From: a virus
Taxonomy: Duplodnaviria > Caudoviricetes
IMG/VR virus record: IMGVR_UViG_3300037657_000286
Span: 1 to 45,928 of that record
Reading direction: 5' to 3' (one strand)
DNA length: 45,928 nt
A program made the translations under genes and the position numbers. Under the pieces are notes generated by a model that did no database searches, had not been told where the DNA came from, and saw only the letters and a list, made by a program, of their open reading frames with translations. Positions 17,650-27,319 of this stretch are shown one piece after another (the first letter of the stretch is position 1; each line of letters starts with the position of its first letter).

Positions 17650-18609
17650 ATGAAACTGTCGATACTGAAAGGCTCTTTCGGACTACGAACGCAACCAGAT
17701 CCGTCACGTTCTCCGTATTCTCAGGGGCAAGGCGGGTTTCCCGGACAGATTGGCCTGGTCGACCTCGCCGCCTGCATGAATGTCGATATTACCGATGGCA
17801 ACATGATCATGCGGAGACGAGGGACTGTTAAGCGTGTCCCTGAGAATGCCCATTCGGTCTATGAAGTCCGGCCGTATTGCCTGTTTGTTGTCGATGACGG
17901 GTTGTTCCTGCTCAAGCCTGGATTTTCCGGGTATGTGCAGATTTCTACCGTCACGCCTGCCCCGGTCTGTTGCGAGGTGGTTGACGGGATTGGCTACTGG
18001 TCGAATGGGATACAGAAAGGCAAGGTGGTGGGCGGGGTGAATCAGCCTTGGGTGAAGGCTGCCACGGTTTACTCCAACAACCAGACAAGGATCTTCTACG
18101 ATCCGCCTGCCGGGAACATCCTCGGCTATTACAATGGGCGGATGTACATCGCCGGCATTGCTGAAGACAGGAAGATAGTCAGGTACTCCGAGGCATACGG
18201 CCCTGACCTGTTCGACTTCGCAGATGCCTTTCTCTCGCTTGAATCTGCCGTGACGATGGTCCGCCCGGTTGCTGGCGGTATCTATGTCTCCGATTCGGAG
18301 CGGACGCATTTCGTTTCCGGCGATCCCCTGAAGTTTGACTGGAAGGTGGTTGATAATCACCCGGCCCTGCCGTGGTCGAGCAAGCCCGTAGTCGGGGTAA
18401 TGTCCATGGACCAGACCGGGAACTATGTCTACCAGGCTGGCGGCAAGACAGAGGTGGCGTTCTGGCTCACCAATGAAGGCGTAATGTTTGGCGATGCCAC
18501 AGGTAATGTAACGAATATCACAGAAGAAAAGATAGATTTACTCCCTCCATACACATCAGGTGCGATCCTCGTTGATGGATCGACCTTACTGGCTCAGTTC
18601 ATCAAGTAG
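17650..18609 (+). CDS. Putative tail/nozzle (beta-propeller-like) structural protein
   Basis: NVDITDGNMIMRRRG and YNGRMYIA...YSEAY motifs; position; start chosen at MKLSIL. Confidence 0.5.
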   Translation: MKLSILKGSFGLRTQPDPSRSPYSQGQGGFPGQIGLVDLAACMNVDITDGNMIMRRRGTVKRVPENAHSVYEVRPYCLFVVDDGLFLLKPGFSGYVQISTVTPAPVCCEVVDGIGYWSNGIQKGKVVGGVNQPWVKAATVYSNNQTRIFYDPPAGNILGYYNGRMYIAGIAEDRKIVRYSEAYGPDLFDFADAFLSLESAVTMVRPVAGGIYVSDSERTHFVSGDPLKFDWKVVDNHPALPWSSKPVVGVMSMDQTGNYVYQAGGKTEVAFWLTNEGVMFGDATGNVTNITEEKIDLLPPYTSGAILVDGSTLLAQFIK

Positions 18610-18625
18610 CTCATAGGAGAGCATC

Positions 18626-19357
18626 ATGGCAATTCGATTCAGCACAGGTTTAAGAGACCAAATGTACGGTAGGGGCAGGGCCACTATCCATGCCGCCAAA
18701 GCTGCAAACACCATCTCTTTTGACAACGCCACAAGTCAGATCAGGGATTCCGGCAATGGCCTGTTGACCGCTGGCTTTCTGGTTGGCGATCTGGTTCGGG
18801 CATTCGGCACGGCCAATAACAATACCACGTTCACCGTCACAGCCGTTGCTGCCGGTGCCTTGACAGTTACCCCTGCACCTACCACTGAAGCAGCCGGCAC
18901 GGTCTTCGCCATCGTCGCCGCTTCTGGAGGGGCACTCCGGGATGTCATGCGGAACTTCGTCATGCGCGAATATTCCGGGTCACAGCCTGCCACAGCCGAT
19001 GCCGCAGTCGGGACCGCTACGCTTCTGGTCGAATACACCAACAACGGCGGGGCCTTCGCTCACGGCGCCCCTGCCAACGGGCTGAACTTTGACGAATCCG
19101 CCAATGGCGTTATTGCTACTGCTGCCGCTGAGACACCCAAGGGGGTTGGGCTTGCCAATGGCACGGCTGGCTGGATTCGACTGTGCGCCAATCCTGCCGA
19201 CAATGGCCTTGCCTCCACGACCCTGGCGAGGATTGATATGTCGGTCGGCACGACTTCCGGGGTTGATGCCCTGGTCGCCACGACCGCGATCCAGTTGGGC
19301 AAGACCTATTACCTCAACGCCGGTTCGTTCACCTTCCCGTATCAGTATGGGGTGTAA
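18626..19357 (+). CDS. Virion structural protein
   Basis: AGGAG RBS; Ala/Gly/Thr-rich; YSGSQPATAD and GTAGWIR motifs. Confidence 0.6.
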   Translation: MAIRFSTGLRDQMYGRGRATIHAAKAANTISFDNATSQIRDSGNGLLTAGFLVGDLVRAFGTANNNTTFTVTAVAAGALTVTPAPTTEAAGTVFAIVAASGGALRDVMRNFVMREYSGSQPATADAAVGTATLLVEYTNNGGAFAHGAPANGLNFDESANGVIATAAAETPKGVGLANGTAGWIRLCANPADNGLASTTLARIDMSVGTTSGVDALVATTAIQLGKTYYLNAGSFTFPYQYGV

Positions 19358-19360
19358 CCC

Positions 19361-19801
19361 ATGAGTGCTTCGGCATGGATTAAATTTCACAAGGCCAATT
19401 TCTACGGCATGACCGGCACCATAGACTATGACGATGCTGCAGCCGATACGTTCAAGTGCGCCCTGCTTCTCAGCACCTACACGCCTGATCTGACAGATGA
19501 CACCTGGGCTGATCTATCGGGGCACGAACACGCCAATGCCAACGGTTACACGGCTGGTGGGGTCGGGCTGACTTCGGTTGTGTTCATCAATACTGCCGGG
19601 GTGGACAAGTGGGATGCGGCTGATATCTCCTGGGCCGCCGTAGGCGGGGCGATCACGGCCAGGTATGCGGTGATCTACCATGTCGCTTCCGGCAAACTCA
19701 TTCGGTACTGCGAACTTGAGGACGGGGCCGACAAGACCGCTGCCGTTGGCAATGATTTTGTAATCCAACTCGCCGCCGGCGGAATCTTCGACATAACATA
19801 A
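19361..19801 (+). CDS. Virion structural protein
   Basis: DTFKCALL...GYTAGGVGL...WDAADISW...ARYAVIY, a motif set common in phage tail modules. Confidence 0.6.
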   Translation: MSASAWIKFHKANFYGMTGTIDYDDAAADTFKCALLLSTYTPDLTDDTWADLSGHEHANANGYTAGGVGLTSVVFINTAGVDKWDAADISWAAVGGAITARYAVIYHVASGKLIRYCELEDGADKTAAVGNDFVIQLAAGGIFDIT

Positions 19802-19810
19802 GGGTCCGAC

Positions 19811-20638
19811 ATGGGAGACTGGCAGACAAAAGGCACGGCGCAACAGTTCAGCATGGTCGGGAATGACATTCTTTCCCGGCCAAAGCCGGTATATCCTTCG
19901 CTCACCGCAAACACCAAGGGGTTATGGGTTGAATTGGGCACCGCCGATATTGATGCTTCAGCCATCACGGTAATGATTCCTGAAGGGTACGGCGGCACGG
20001 ATTATCTGGTTGATATCGGCATTGGCCCTGCCGGATCCGAGCAGGTACTCGTTGCCAACCTGAACATATCCATCGGCTCGACATCCTACGGAGACAAGGT
20101 TTCGTTCTGCTCACGCATCCCGATCCCGGTGCGGACCGGGACCAGAATTGCGGCCAGGGTGCAGGGAACTACCACATCAGCAAGCCGGTATATCAGGGTT
20201 GGGGTTCTGCTTGAAGCAAACGGGCAGTCGGCGGGGGGAAGGGTTGTCACTATCGGAGCCAGCACCGCAGATTCTGGAGGTGTAGCCATAGACCCCGGCG
20301 CGGTTGACAACACCAAGGGGGCATGGGTGGAGATTGTCGCGGCCTGCCCTGCGAACCTGCGAGCGGCCATTATCGGTTTCGGCACATCAGCCAACACCGC
20401 TATGACGAACTGTTTATGGCTGGTCGATATCGGGATCGGGGGGGCTGGCGTTGAACAGGTGCTTATCCCGAATATCGCCCTCGCTGCCCACGACTACCCG
20501 GATGCTCTTGTACCGGCGCACACCCCCTGCTTTGAGATCAGCATTCCAGCCGGGGTCCGAATCGCAGCAAGGGCGGCCTGCACCATAGTAGATGCCACAG
20601 ACAGGAAATTCGACGTATTCATTTACGGTATAGCATAG
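19811..20638 (+). CDS. Virion protein built from two homologous domains
   Basis: Internal duplication: NTKGLWVE/NTKGAWVE, LVDIGIGPAGSEQVL/LVDIGIGGAGVEQVL, GTRIAAR/GVRIAAR. Confidence 0.65.
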   Translation: MGDWQTKGTAQQFSMVGNDILSRPKPVYPSLTANTKGLWVELGTADIDASAITVMIPEGYGGTDYLVDIGIGPAGSEQVLVANLNISIGSTSYGDKVSFCSRIPIPVRTGTRIAARVQGTTTSASRYIRVGVLLEANGQSAGGRVVTIGASTADSGGVAIDPGAVDNTKGAWVEIVAACPANLRAAIIGFGTSANTAMTNCLWLVDIGIGGAGVEQVLIPNIALAAHDYPDALVPAHTPCFEISIPAGVRIAARAACTIVDATDRKFDVFIYGIA

Positions 20639-20647
20639 GAGACAAAC

Positions 20648-20974
20648 ATGGCTGTAACCTCCGTAGGATCTGCGACACAGACAGCGATTATCAACACTGA
20701 GCATATCCTCGACACCGAGGCGAATCCAGGGGTTTATGTCCTGGTTGTGGACACCTCCAACCTTGCTCTCGGTGATGTGCTGGAATTGCGGATCAAGACC
20801 AAGGCCGCTGCCGGGGGAACGTCACGGCTGGCATATTCGCAGACCTATGCCCATGCCCAGGCAGAACCGAACAAATATTCCGTGCCGGTGCCGGTCGATA
20901 CAGAAATCATCTGCACCTTGAAACAGATTGCCGGGACTGGCCGGGACTTCCTCTGGAACCTCCTTGTGATGTGA
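20648..20974 (+). CDS. Small virion protein
   Basis: AGGAG RBS; beta-rich; within the tail module. Confidence 0.55.
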   Translation: MAVTSVGSATQTAIINTEHILDTEANPGVYVLVVDTSNLALGDVLELRIKTKAAAGGTSRLAYSQTYAHAQAEPNKYSVPVPVDTEIICTLKQIAGTGRDFLWNLLVM

Positions 20975-20975
20975 T

Positions 20976-21878
20976 ATGAGTCTTCGGGCGAGTCTCCTCT
21001 ATTTAGACGATGGGATTGAGGCAGCATATCCGACAACGGGGCACTCCGTTTCTACCGGATATGTTCCCACTGTCACCGCTCTAACCGATTACGCACAACC
21101 GACCACAGGACATTCCATCTCCACCGGATATGCCCCTACTATCATCACGGCAGGCGTAGCGGAGAACATGGAGTTCGCCGGGACGACTCCAAACATACGG
21201 GGTTTGTTCACCTTTGCCGACACGGTAGAGTTTACCGGCAATACTCCGCAGATGCAGGGAGATTGGGCGTTTGTCTATCCGCACGACTTCGCCGGGGAGA
21301 CTCCTGCCTCGACTGGCACGTTTGAGTTCGGCATGGAAATCTCAGGGGAAACGCCTGCCTCTACGGGCGCGTTCGTCCTTGAGGAAATCCAGTATGCCGA
21401 CTTCATGGGGAATACCCCTGTCATGCAGGGAAGTTTTGAATTTGGCGCGGAGTTCTCAGGTCGGACTCCTGTCATGCAGGGGGCGTTTGAGATAGAGGAA
21501 GAGAACTGGGGTTCATTCACCGGCAAGACTCCTTCTATGTCTGGGGGGTTTGATTTTGAACAGGCGATGGACTTCGCCGGCATTACCCCGGCAATGGATG
21601 GCGCGTTCACTGGCGAGATGGAACAGTACGGGTCTTTCTCCGGTCTGTCTCCTGCAATGACAGGCTCGTTTGGCTTCCTTGTTAACGAGATGAATTTCTC
21701 CGGTCTGTCTCCTGCAATGGATGGCGCGGTTGCCATCGGTGAAGAGACGACAATGGTTTTCTCGGGCGAGACTCCCCCGACCGTAGGCGAGTTCTTCATC
21801 GGGGTTGATTTGAGTACAGACTTTACCATCACCTCGGACGAAATAATCAGATACAGGCGCGGATATGACAACGGTTAA
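20976..21878 (+). CDS. Repeat-rich acidic virion protein (fibre-like)
   Basis: Two PTTGHSxSTGY repeats, then about 12 F-x-G-x-(T/S)-P-x-x-x-G-x-F repeats. Confidence 0.6.
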   Translation: MSLRASLLYLDDGIEAAYPTTGHSVSTGYVPTVTALTDYAQPTTGHSISTGYAPTIITAGVAENMEFAGTTPNIRGLFTFADTVEFTGNTPQMQGDWAFVYPHDFAGETPASTGTFEFGMEISGETPASTGAFVLEEIQYADFMGNTPVMQGSFEFGAEFSGRTPVMQGAFEIEEENWGSFTGKTPSMSGGFDFEQAMDFAGITPAMDGAFTGEMEQYGSFSGLSPAMTGSFGFLVNEMNFSGLSPAMDGAVAIGEETTMVFSGETPPTVGEFFIGVDLSTDFTITSDEIIRYRRGYDNG

Positions 21879-22362
21879 ACTCAATCTCAGAAATGGTGCA
21901 GTCACTCAGCACTCCTACCCCGCAGCCTTCAACTCATTCACCATGTTTGAAGGCAGACCGCTAGGCGCAAGCCCTGACGGGATATTTACCCTGGATGGCG
22001 GGTTAAGGGATGTCTACACCACCACCTCGGATGAGCGGAACATCTCGGCCTGGTTTGAACTGGGGCCGTCCCAACTGGGAGATGACCTTGTGAAGCAGGG
22101 CAGGCGCCTGTACCTGGGCGGGGAATTTACCGGAAGTATGACAATCAAGGTGGATACCCCCACGGCCTACGTTCCGACCATGACCTATACAGTCTCCCCC
22201 AGAGACACGGCGCTCTTGCAGCACACCATTGAAGTCCCTGTAAGCAGCCAGCAGAAAGGCGAGTATTGGGGGATCACCGTCGCCAATGTTGCCGGTTCTG
22301 ATTTCTCCATAGATTTTATCGACGGGATCTTCGTTCCGGTCAATCGCAGACTCGGCTTATGA
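21865..22362 (+). CDS. Putative tail structural protein
   Basis: Overlaps both neighbours; NLRNGAVTQH...FNSF motif. Confidence 0.55.
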   Translation: MTTVKLNLRNGAVTQHSYPAAFNSFTMFEGRPLGASPDGIFTLDGGLRDVYTTTSDERNISAWFELGPSQLGDDLVKQGRRLYLGGEFTGSMTIKVDTPTAYVPTMTYTVSPRDTALLQHTIEVPVSSQQKGEYWGITVANVAGSDFSIDFIDGIFVPVNRRLGL

Positions 22363-23927
22363 ATAAAAACTGGGATGAGATACGGGGCAAGGCCGAGCCG
22401 GAACAGAATGTACCGACCAAGACCTTTACTCATCAAGGAACACAGTATGCGCTGACCGGGGATCTGGATAGGGCGTATTCCCATTTTCACGAAGCACGGG
22501 CGCACCTCGGCAAGATGAAGCGGATGAATGTCAACGAATTGCCGATCATCTCCGGGCAACAGTCTTTTGATGACGGATCAATCGCTACGTACAAACTTGT
22601 TCACGGCAAAGAAGATATCCACATCACCTCACCGATGGCGCAACTCGAGGTCAAACCTACCAAGGAAGAGAAAGGGAGCACGGAAGAGATTGAGCAGATT
22701 GTCCCGGTTATCAGGAGCATCGACAATACCCACTGGATAGCCTGCATGAGTGGGACGTTTGAAGGTCCGTATCTCCATTTCCCAAATATCTTTGAGATTC
22801 CAGTAGAGGCATTTGATGACAATATCGAAACCGACCTTGACGGGCAACTGATCTCAATTGGAGACAATGAGTACGATGGCAGTATCAATGCCCCCGAATT
22901 GTATTTCATCGCCCAGACCGGCGTCCGCCCAGAAGAAGATGACCTAGACTGGACGGACGGGGAATCTTCCGGGGAAGCAGGCACGCTCACATGGAGTGCG
23001 ACACCGGAAATAGCCAAGTGTTACGATTTGTACGGAAACTGGATTATGGACGCAATGGCGGTAGGGGCGTATTCTCCCACCCCCGGGGTAACATATTCAT
23101 CCAGGCTTACACTTTGGGGGGGCGACTACGCTCCGTATTATACAGAATTTTCATCATCTTCTGGTGGCAAGGTAGCAGATAACGTACCGCATTATGCTAT
23201 TCACAGTGATGCCGTGTTCGCATCCGATCCGTCGCCTCCAAGCGACGAAGAGATGCGTCTTCAAGTAAAGGAGAAATTTGATTCTTGGTATGCGATTGAG
23301 GCGAGCCTCAATCCACCATTCAAAGACTGGAATGTAAGATATTATGAAAACACCTCGTCGCATATACAGTCTGAGCAGTCGCTGTTTGATGCTGAGAACT
23401 CAATCAGGGCAGAACGTGGCGGCTCGTCAAAGAGTTGTAGTGGTTACAGCATTCATGAACAGTCTAGCACAACAACCAGGACACAAAACTATCCATACCC
23501 ATCAACAACGCAAACTTCAAACGGCTGGGTATATGGTGGCGATGCGATATATACGACAACCGAAACGGAATCGTTCTCTGACTATTTCCAGGTAGACGAC
23601 AGGAAATATCTCCTGGCGGAACACTCCGGCTATTACCCTGCATACGTCCCGGCATACTTCAATAAGATGAAGTATTACAACACCGACAGCATTGCCGCGA
23701 TCACCGGCATGATGAGCGCAGGTATCAGGGAAGACGGCGGGACATATAGCTGGTTCAAGTATTATTACGTAGGCCCGAACAACCATAACGAGATCACGGA
23801 AACGGTATTCGGAACAGACAACGGGGCATGGCGGCATATCATCCCGAATGTAGAAGGCATTGACGATACGGTAATGTTTGAAGGTGAGATATTCCTTGGC
23901 TTGGTAAAATACGAAATAGAGGCATAA
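22359..23927 (+). CDS. Putative tail/receptor-associated protein
   Basis: 522 aa; Tyr/Ser/Thr-rich C-terminal half encoded by visibly more AT-rich DNA. Confidence 0.5.
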   Translation: MNKNWDEIRGKAEPEQNVPTKTFTHQGTQYALTGDLDRAYSHFHEARAHLGKMKRMNVNELPIISGQQSFDDGSIATYKLVHGKEDIHITSPMAQLEVKPTKEEKGSTEEIEQIVPVIRSIDNTHWIACMSGTFEGPYLHFPNIFEIPVEAFDDNIETDLDGQLISIGDNEYDGSINAPELYFIAQTGVRPEEDDLDWTDGESSGEAGTLTWSATPEIAKCYDLYGNWIMDAMAVGAYSPTPGVTYSSRLTLWGGDYAPYYTEFSSSSGGKVADNVPHYAIHSDAVFASDPSPPSDEEMRLQVKEKFDSWYAIEASLNPPFKDWNVRYYENTSSHIQSEQSLFDAENSIRAERGGSSKSCSGYSIHEQSSTTTRTQNYPYPSTTQTSNGWVYGGDAIYTTTETESFSDYFQVDDRKYLLAEHSGYYPAYVPAYFNKMKYYNTDSIAAITGMMSAGIREDGGTYSWFKYYYVGPNNHNEITETVFGTDNGAWRHIIPNVEGIDDTVMFEGEIFLGLVKYEIEA

Positions 23928-23928
23928 T

Positions 23929-25905
23929 ATGGGTGGGTTAGGATATCCGGCAGACGATTACGTAACAGAAGACCCTCTAACCTCAGAAGTCACACACAGC
24001 CTGGTGGCTGGCAGATTCGCTCTATCTCAGGACTATGCCGACCAGACCTTCAGTACGGCATTGGGATATCTGGGGAGCAGTGGCGCCGGGACCAGCGTCA
24101 GTTTCAACTGGCCAGCCCCTTCCCCGATCAGCCTCGGCTCGCCTGCCGGTATCTCTGGATTGGTGCCGACGACCCCGGTCAGTCCGACGATCACACCGAT
24201 TGCCGTTACCCCGGTGACGTTCACTCCGACCGCTCCGGTCCTTGAGAATTACGACATCATTCCTCTGGGCGTCCCTGAGTTCAATGTGCCGCTGCCGAAT
24301 TTCTTCATCCCCGCAGCACCGAGTACACTGCCGCCGACCTTCACGCAATCTCCCCCGGCTGAACTGACGATCACTCTTCCGTCTGACTCTGAGATACCTC
24401 TGGCGCCTCCGCTGCCGGTACTCAGAGAGATTTTGCCTCCGGATGAACCTGTCTTTTCTCTCCCGGAGTTTGCCGCCATCTTCCCGACTGCCGACCTGAC
24501 CGCGCCCGATCTGGTGTATTCATGGAATGAGGCGGCATACGATACAGACTTCAACCGGATGCTGAGGTTGAAAATTGAGGATGGGATTATCAACGGTGGC
24601 AAGGGGATGCTGCCGGAAGTTGAGCAGGCTATCTATGATCGAGGCAGGTCAAGACTGGATTACGACTTACAGGGAGAGGAGCTTCTGACGCTGAATGATT
24701 TTTCCAGCAGAGGGGCACGCCTCCCACAAGGGGCGCTTGTTGGGAGGCTTGACGAGATAAGGTTTAAGGCTAAGTTCCGGGTTGATGACCTCAACCTTGA
24801 TATAATAACCAAGTCCGCCGATCTCGCCTATCAGTATAGCACCTTCATCATCGATAAAGGGCTGGCCTTGGAACATGAGTACATGGCCCTGTTCAACTCG
24901 GTGCAGCAGCGGGCGTTTGAGGCATCCAAGGTCACTCTTGAATTCCTCATTCAGGAATACGACATCCAGGTAAAGGCATTCTCGGCACGACTGGAAGGGT
25001 ACAAGACGGAGGCTGAGATATTTAAGGCCAGGATTCAGGCTGAGATAGCCAGGGCGGATTTGTACAAGGCTACCATCGAAGGGCGCAAGCTCTCTGTCGA
25101 GATGCAGTCCCTGACCGTTGATCTGTACGGCAAACAGCTTGCCGCAATCGACACGATGGCAAAGATCTACCTCGCCAAGATGGAAGGGCAGAAGGTCATT
25201 TCCGAAATCAACGGGGTCCGGGTCGAGCAGTTCAAAGCCTACGTCGAGGCGTACAAGGCGCAGGTCGAGGGAGTCACTGCTGAGTACAATCTCTATCAGG
25301 CGAAGATTGCCGGCGAGTCAGAGAAAGCCAAGATGTATTCCTATCAAGTTGAGGGATATGGCAAGGTGGTCGAAGCGTACAAAACCCGTTCAGAGATAGA
25401 CGTGTCTGTCCTCGATGCCAAAGTGAAAAAGAGCCAGGGTGAAGTCAATATCTTCATGGCTGAGTTGGAGAAATACAAAGCGGATATCTCAGCCAATGTC
25501 AGTCAGGCGGAAATCCAGGCCAAGGCGGAAGGACTGAAACTCCAGGTCTTCGACGGGGAAATCAGGAAATTCTCCTCGATTGTCACTGCTCTTACCGATT
25601 CCTACAAGGCAGAAACCGCAGTTGCCATAGCCAATTCAGAGATTCAACTGAGGTATGGGGATATGCTGGCGAGGATTGAGACGGCACAGGCTGAGATCAA
25701 CGCGGAACTCATCAAGGCCAAGGCGCAGATTGCCAGTCAGCTTTCAGCGGCGGCATTGTCCAGTGTCTCGGCAGGAGCGAACCTGGGGTATAGCCAGAGC
25801 CGAAGCGACAGTAGCGGCAAGAGCAAGTCTTACGGCACGTCGGTATCTGATCAGTACAGTTCAAGCCACAGCGTCACAGAGCGAAACTGTTGCAACGGAG
25901 AATAA
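23929..25905 (+). CDS. Virion protein, Pro-rich N-half + long coiled coil
   Basis: 658 aa ORF; composition; operon position. Confidence 0.6.
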   Translation: MGGLGYPADDYVTEDPLTSEVTHSLVAGRFALSQDYADQTFSTALGYLGSSGAGTSVSFNWPAPSPISLGSPAGISGLVPTTPVSPTITPIAVTPVTFTPTAPVLENYDIIPLGVPEFNVPLPNFFIPAAPSTLPPTFTQSPPAELTITLPSDSEIPLAPPLPVLREILPPDEPVFSLPEFAAIFPTADLTAPDLVYSWNEAAYDTDFNRMLRLKIEDGIINGGKGMLPEVEQAIYDRGRSRLDYDLQGEELLTLNDFSSRGARLPQGALVGRLDEIRFKAKFRVDDLNLDIITKSADLAYQYSTFIIDKGLALEHEYMALFNSVQQRAFEASKVTLEFLIQEYDIQVKAFSARLEGYKTEAEIFKARIQAEIARADLYKATIEGRKLSVEMQSLTVDLYGKQLAAIDTMAKIYLAKMEGQKVISEINGVRVEQFKAYVEAYKAQVEGVTAEYNLYQAKIAGESEKAKMYSYQVEGYGKVVEAYKTRSEIDVSVLDAKVKKSQGEVNIFMAELEKYKADISANVSQAEIQAKAEGLKLQVFDGEIRKFSSIVTALTDSYKAETAVAIANSEIQLRYGDMLARIETAQAEINAELIKAKAQIASQLSAAALSSVSAGANLGYSQSRSDSSGKSKSYGTSVSDQYSSSHSVTERNCCNGE

Positions 25906-25907
25906 AT

Positions 25908-27302
25908 ATGACACCTGAAGAGAGAAAGAAGATTCTTGAGAGACCGACCATCGGACAGATGAAACGGGATAGCAGACCAGCCAGTGCCAACGCCGGGGGC
26001 TTCTCCGGGGATAGTGCTGCCGGTTGGGTCGGGCAGGGCGCAAGGCAGTTGCTTGAACCAGTTGTACCAGTTGCAAAATTCGCAGCCGGGAATGTCGCTG
26101 ATGCGGCGACCCTTCCATCACGAGCATTGAACCGTGTCGGAAACAATATGTATCGAGGGTTTACCGGACAGCCGATCGATAACAGCAAGTTTGTCTTGAA
26201 CCCTGTTACGCAGAGCTTGGTTGGTGAGAAAAAACCAGTAGGTGCGCAACCAGGGGGCAGGCTGGCTCTTGCGGCAAACCCTGCCGAGATGGCAAGAGAA
26301 AAATTGCGGGGGCAATCAAGACTTTCTCAACCTCCAGCTCAACCTATCGCGCAGCCTCAAAATTCAGCACCACAAATTAACAACACCAATCCGCTTAGGG
26401 ATACTTCACCGAGCAGCAGCCGGAAGCGGCCCCAGCCCAACTTCCTGTACCCCGAAGATACAGAGAGGATGAGCCGGCTTGGCGGCGTAAAAGAGATGTT
26501 ACGCTCCCCGAATCCCGATATCAACTATTCCATGCTGAGAGACGAGAAGACGGGCAGGTTGGTAGTTAGGGAAACCATCAACGGGTCGGGGAATAATAGT
26601 CCTCCTGCCCTTGAGCGGCCGTTTGTCAGTGCCAAGCAATTCAGGCAAATAGTTGGCTGGGATAAAGACCAGAATCCTATTTACAGCACCGGAGCGGATG
26701 AGATGGCCGCTGCCAATGCCGGGATAGCCGACCTCAATACTGCCCGGTTGACAGGATACGACCAACGGAATACGGCGTGGGTTTCCGAGAATGGCACGGT
26801 GCCGCTACAGAATGCCCAGACAGGTCTGGCTAATGCTCAGACGCGGACTGAGGCTGGTATGCTTGGGATAAAACAGCAACTCGGACAGGCCAGTCTCGGA
26901 GCGGCAAATCAGCAACAGCAGATAGCGACCATGATGTTCAACGCCCAGAAGACCCTGGCAGATGCAAATTCTTCGGCAGAGCAGATCAGCAACGCGAAGC
27001 GGGTTCTTGATGCTTTCGGGGAGAAGGCCAAGCCCCAGGTTGTCACCAATAAAGAGGCGGGGCCTGAAGGGGAAAGCCAATATTCCTATGTGGTGAATCC
27101 CGACGATCCCCAAAACTCAGCCCTGATATCAAGTCCTGAGATAGCCGGGAGAAAGAAAGCACAGGCACTGATTGAAGTTGGCGAAACCGGTGACGTGAAG
27201 AATTTCACGAAGATATGGGATAGCTACTCGGAAGCCGAACAACGGGCGGCAATCCCACTCCTTCCGGCCTATCTCCTGAAAATGTTATTGGATCGTGAAT
27301 AA
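25908..27302 (+). CDS. Putative DNA-ejection (internal virion) protein
   Basis: GGAG RBS before ATG 25908; Ala/Gln-rich; precedes the giant virion protein as in podoviral ejection modules. Confidence 0.45.
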   Translation: MTPEERKKILERPTIGQMKRDSRPASANAGGFSGDSAAGWVGQGARQLLEPVVPVAKFAAGNVADAATLPSRALNRVGNNMYRGFTGQPIDNSKFVLNPVTQSLVGEKKPVGAQPGGRLALAANPAEMAREKLRGQSRLSQPPAQPIAQPQNSAPQINNTNPLRDTSPSSSRKRPQPNFLYPEDTERMSRLGGVKEMLRSPNPDINYSMLRDEKTGRLVVRETINGSGNNSPPALERPFVSAKQFRQIVGWDKDQNPIYSTGADEMAAANAGIADLNTARLTGYDQRNTAWVSENGTVPLQNAQTGLANAQTRTEAGMLGIKQQLGQASLGAANQQQQIATMMFNAQKTLADANSSAEQISNAKRVLDAFGEKAKPQVVTNKEAGPEGESQYSYVVNPDDPQNSALISSPEIAGRKKAQALIEVGETGDVKNFTKIWDSYSEAEQRAAIPLLPAYLLKMLLDRE

Positions 27303-27319
27303 AGGACCCAAGGGTAAAA

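Noticed and set aside
20976-23927. Diversity-generating retroelement acting on tail genes
   Set aside because: No reverse transcriptase and no adenine-specific template/variable repeat pair seen in the window.
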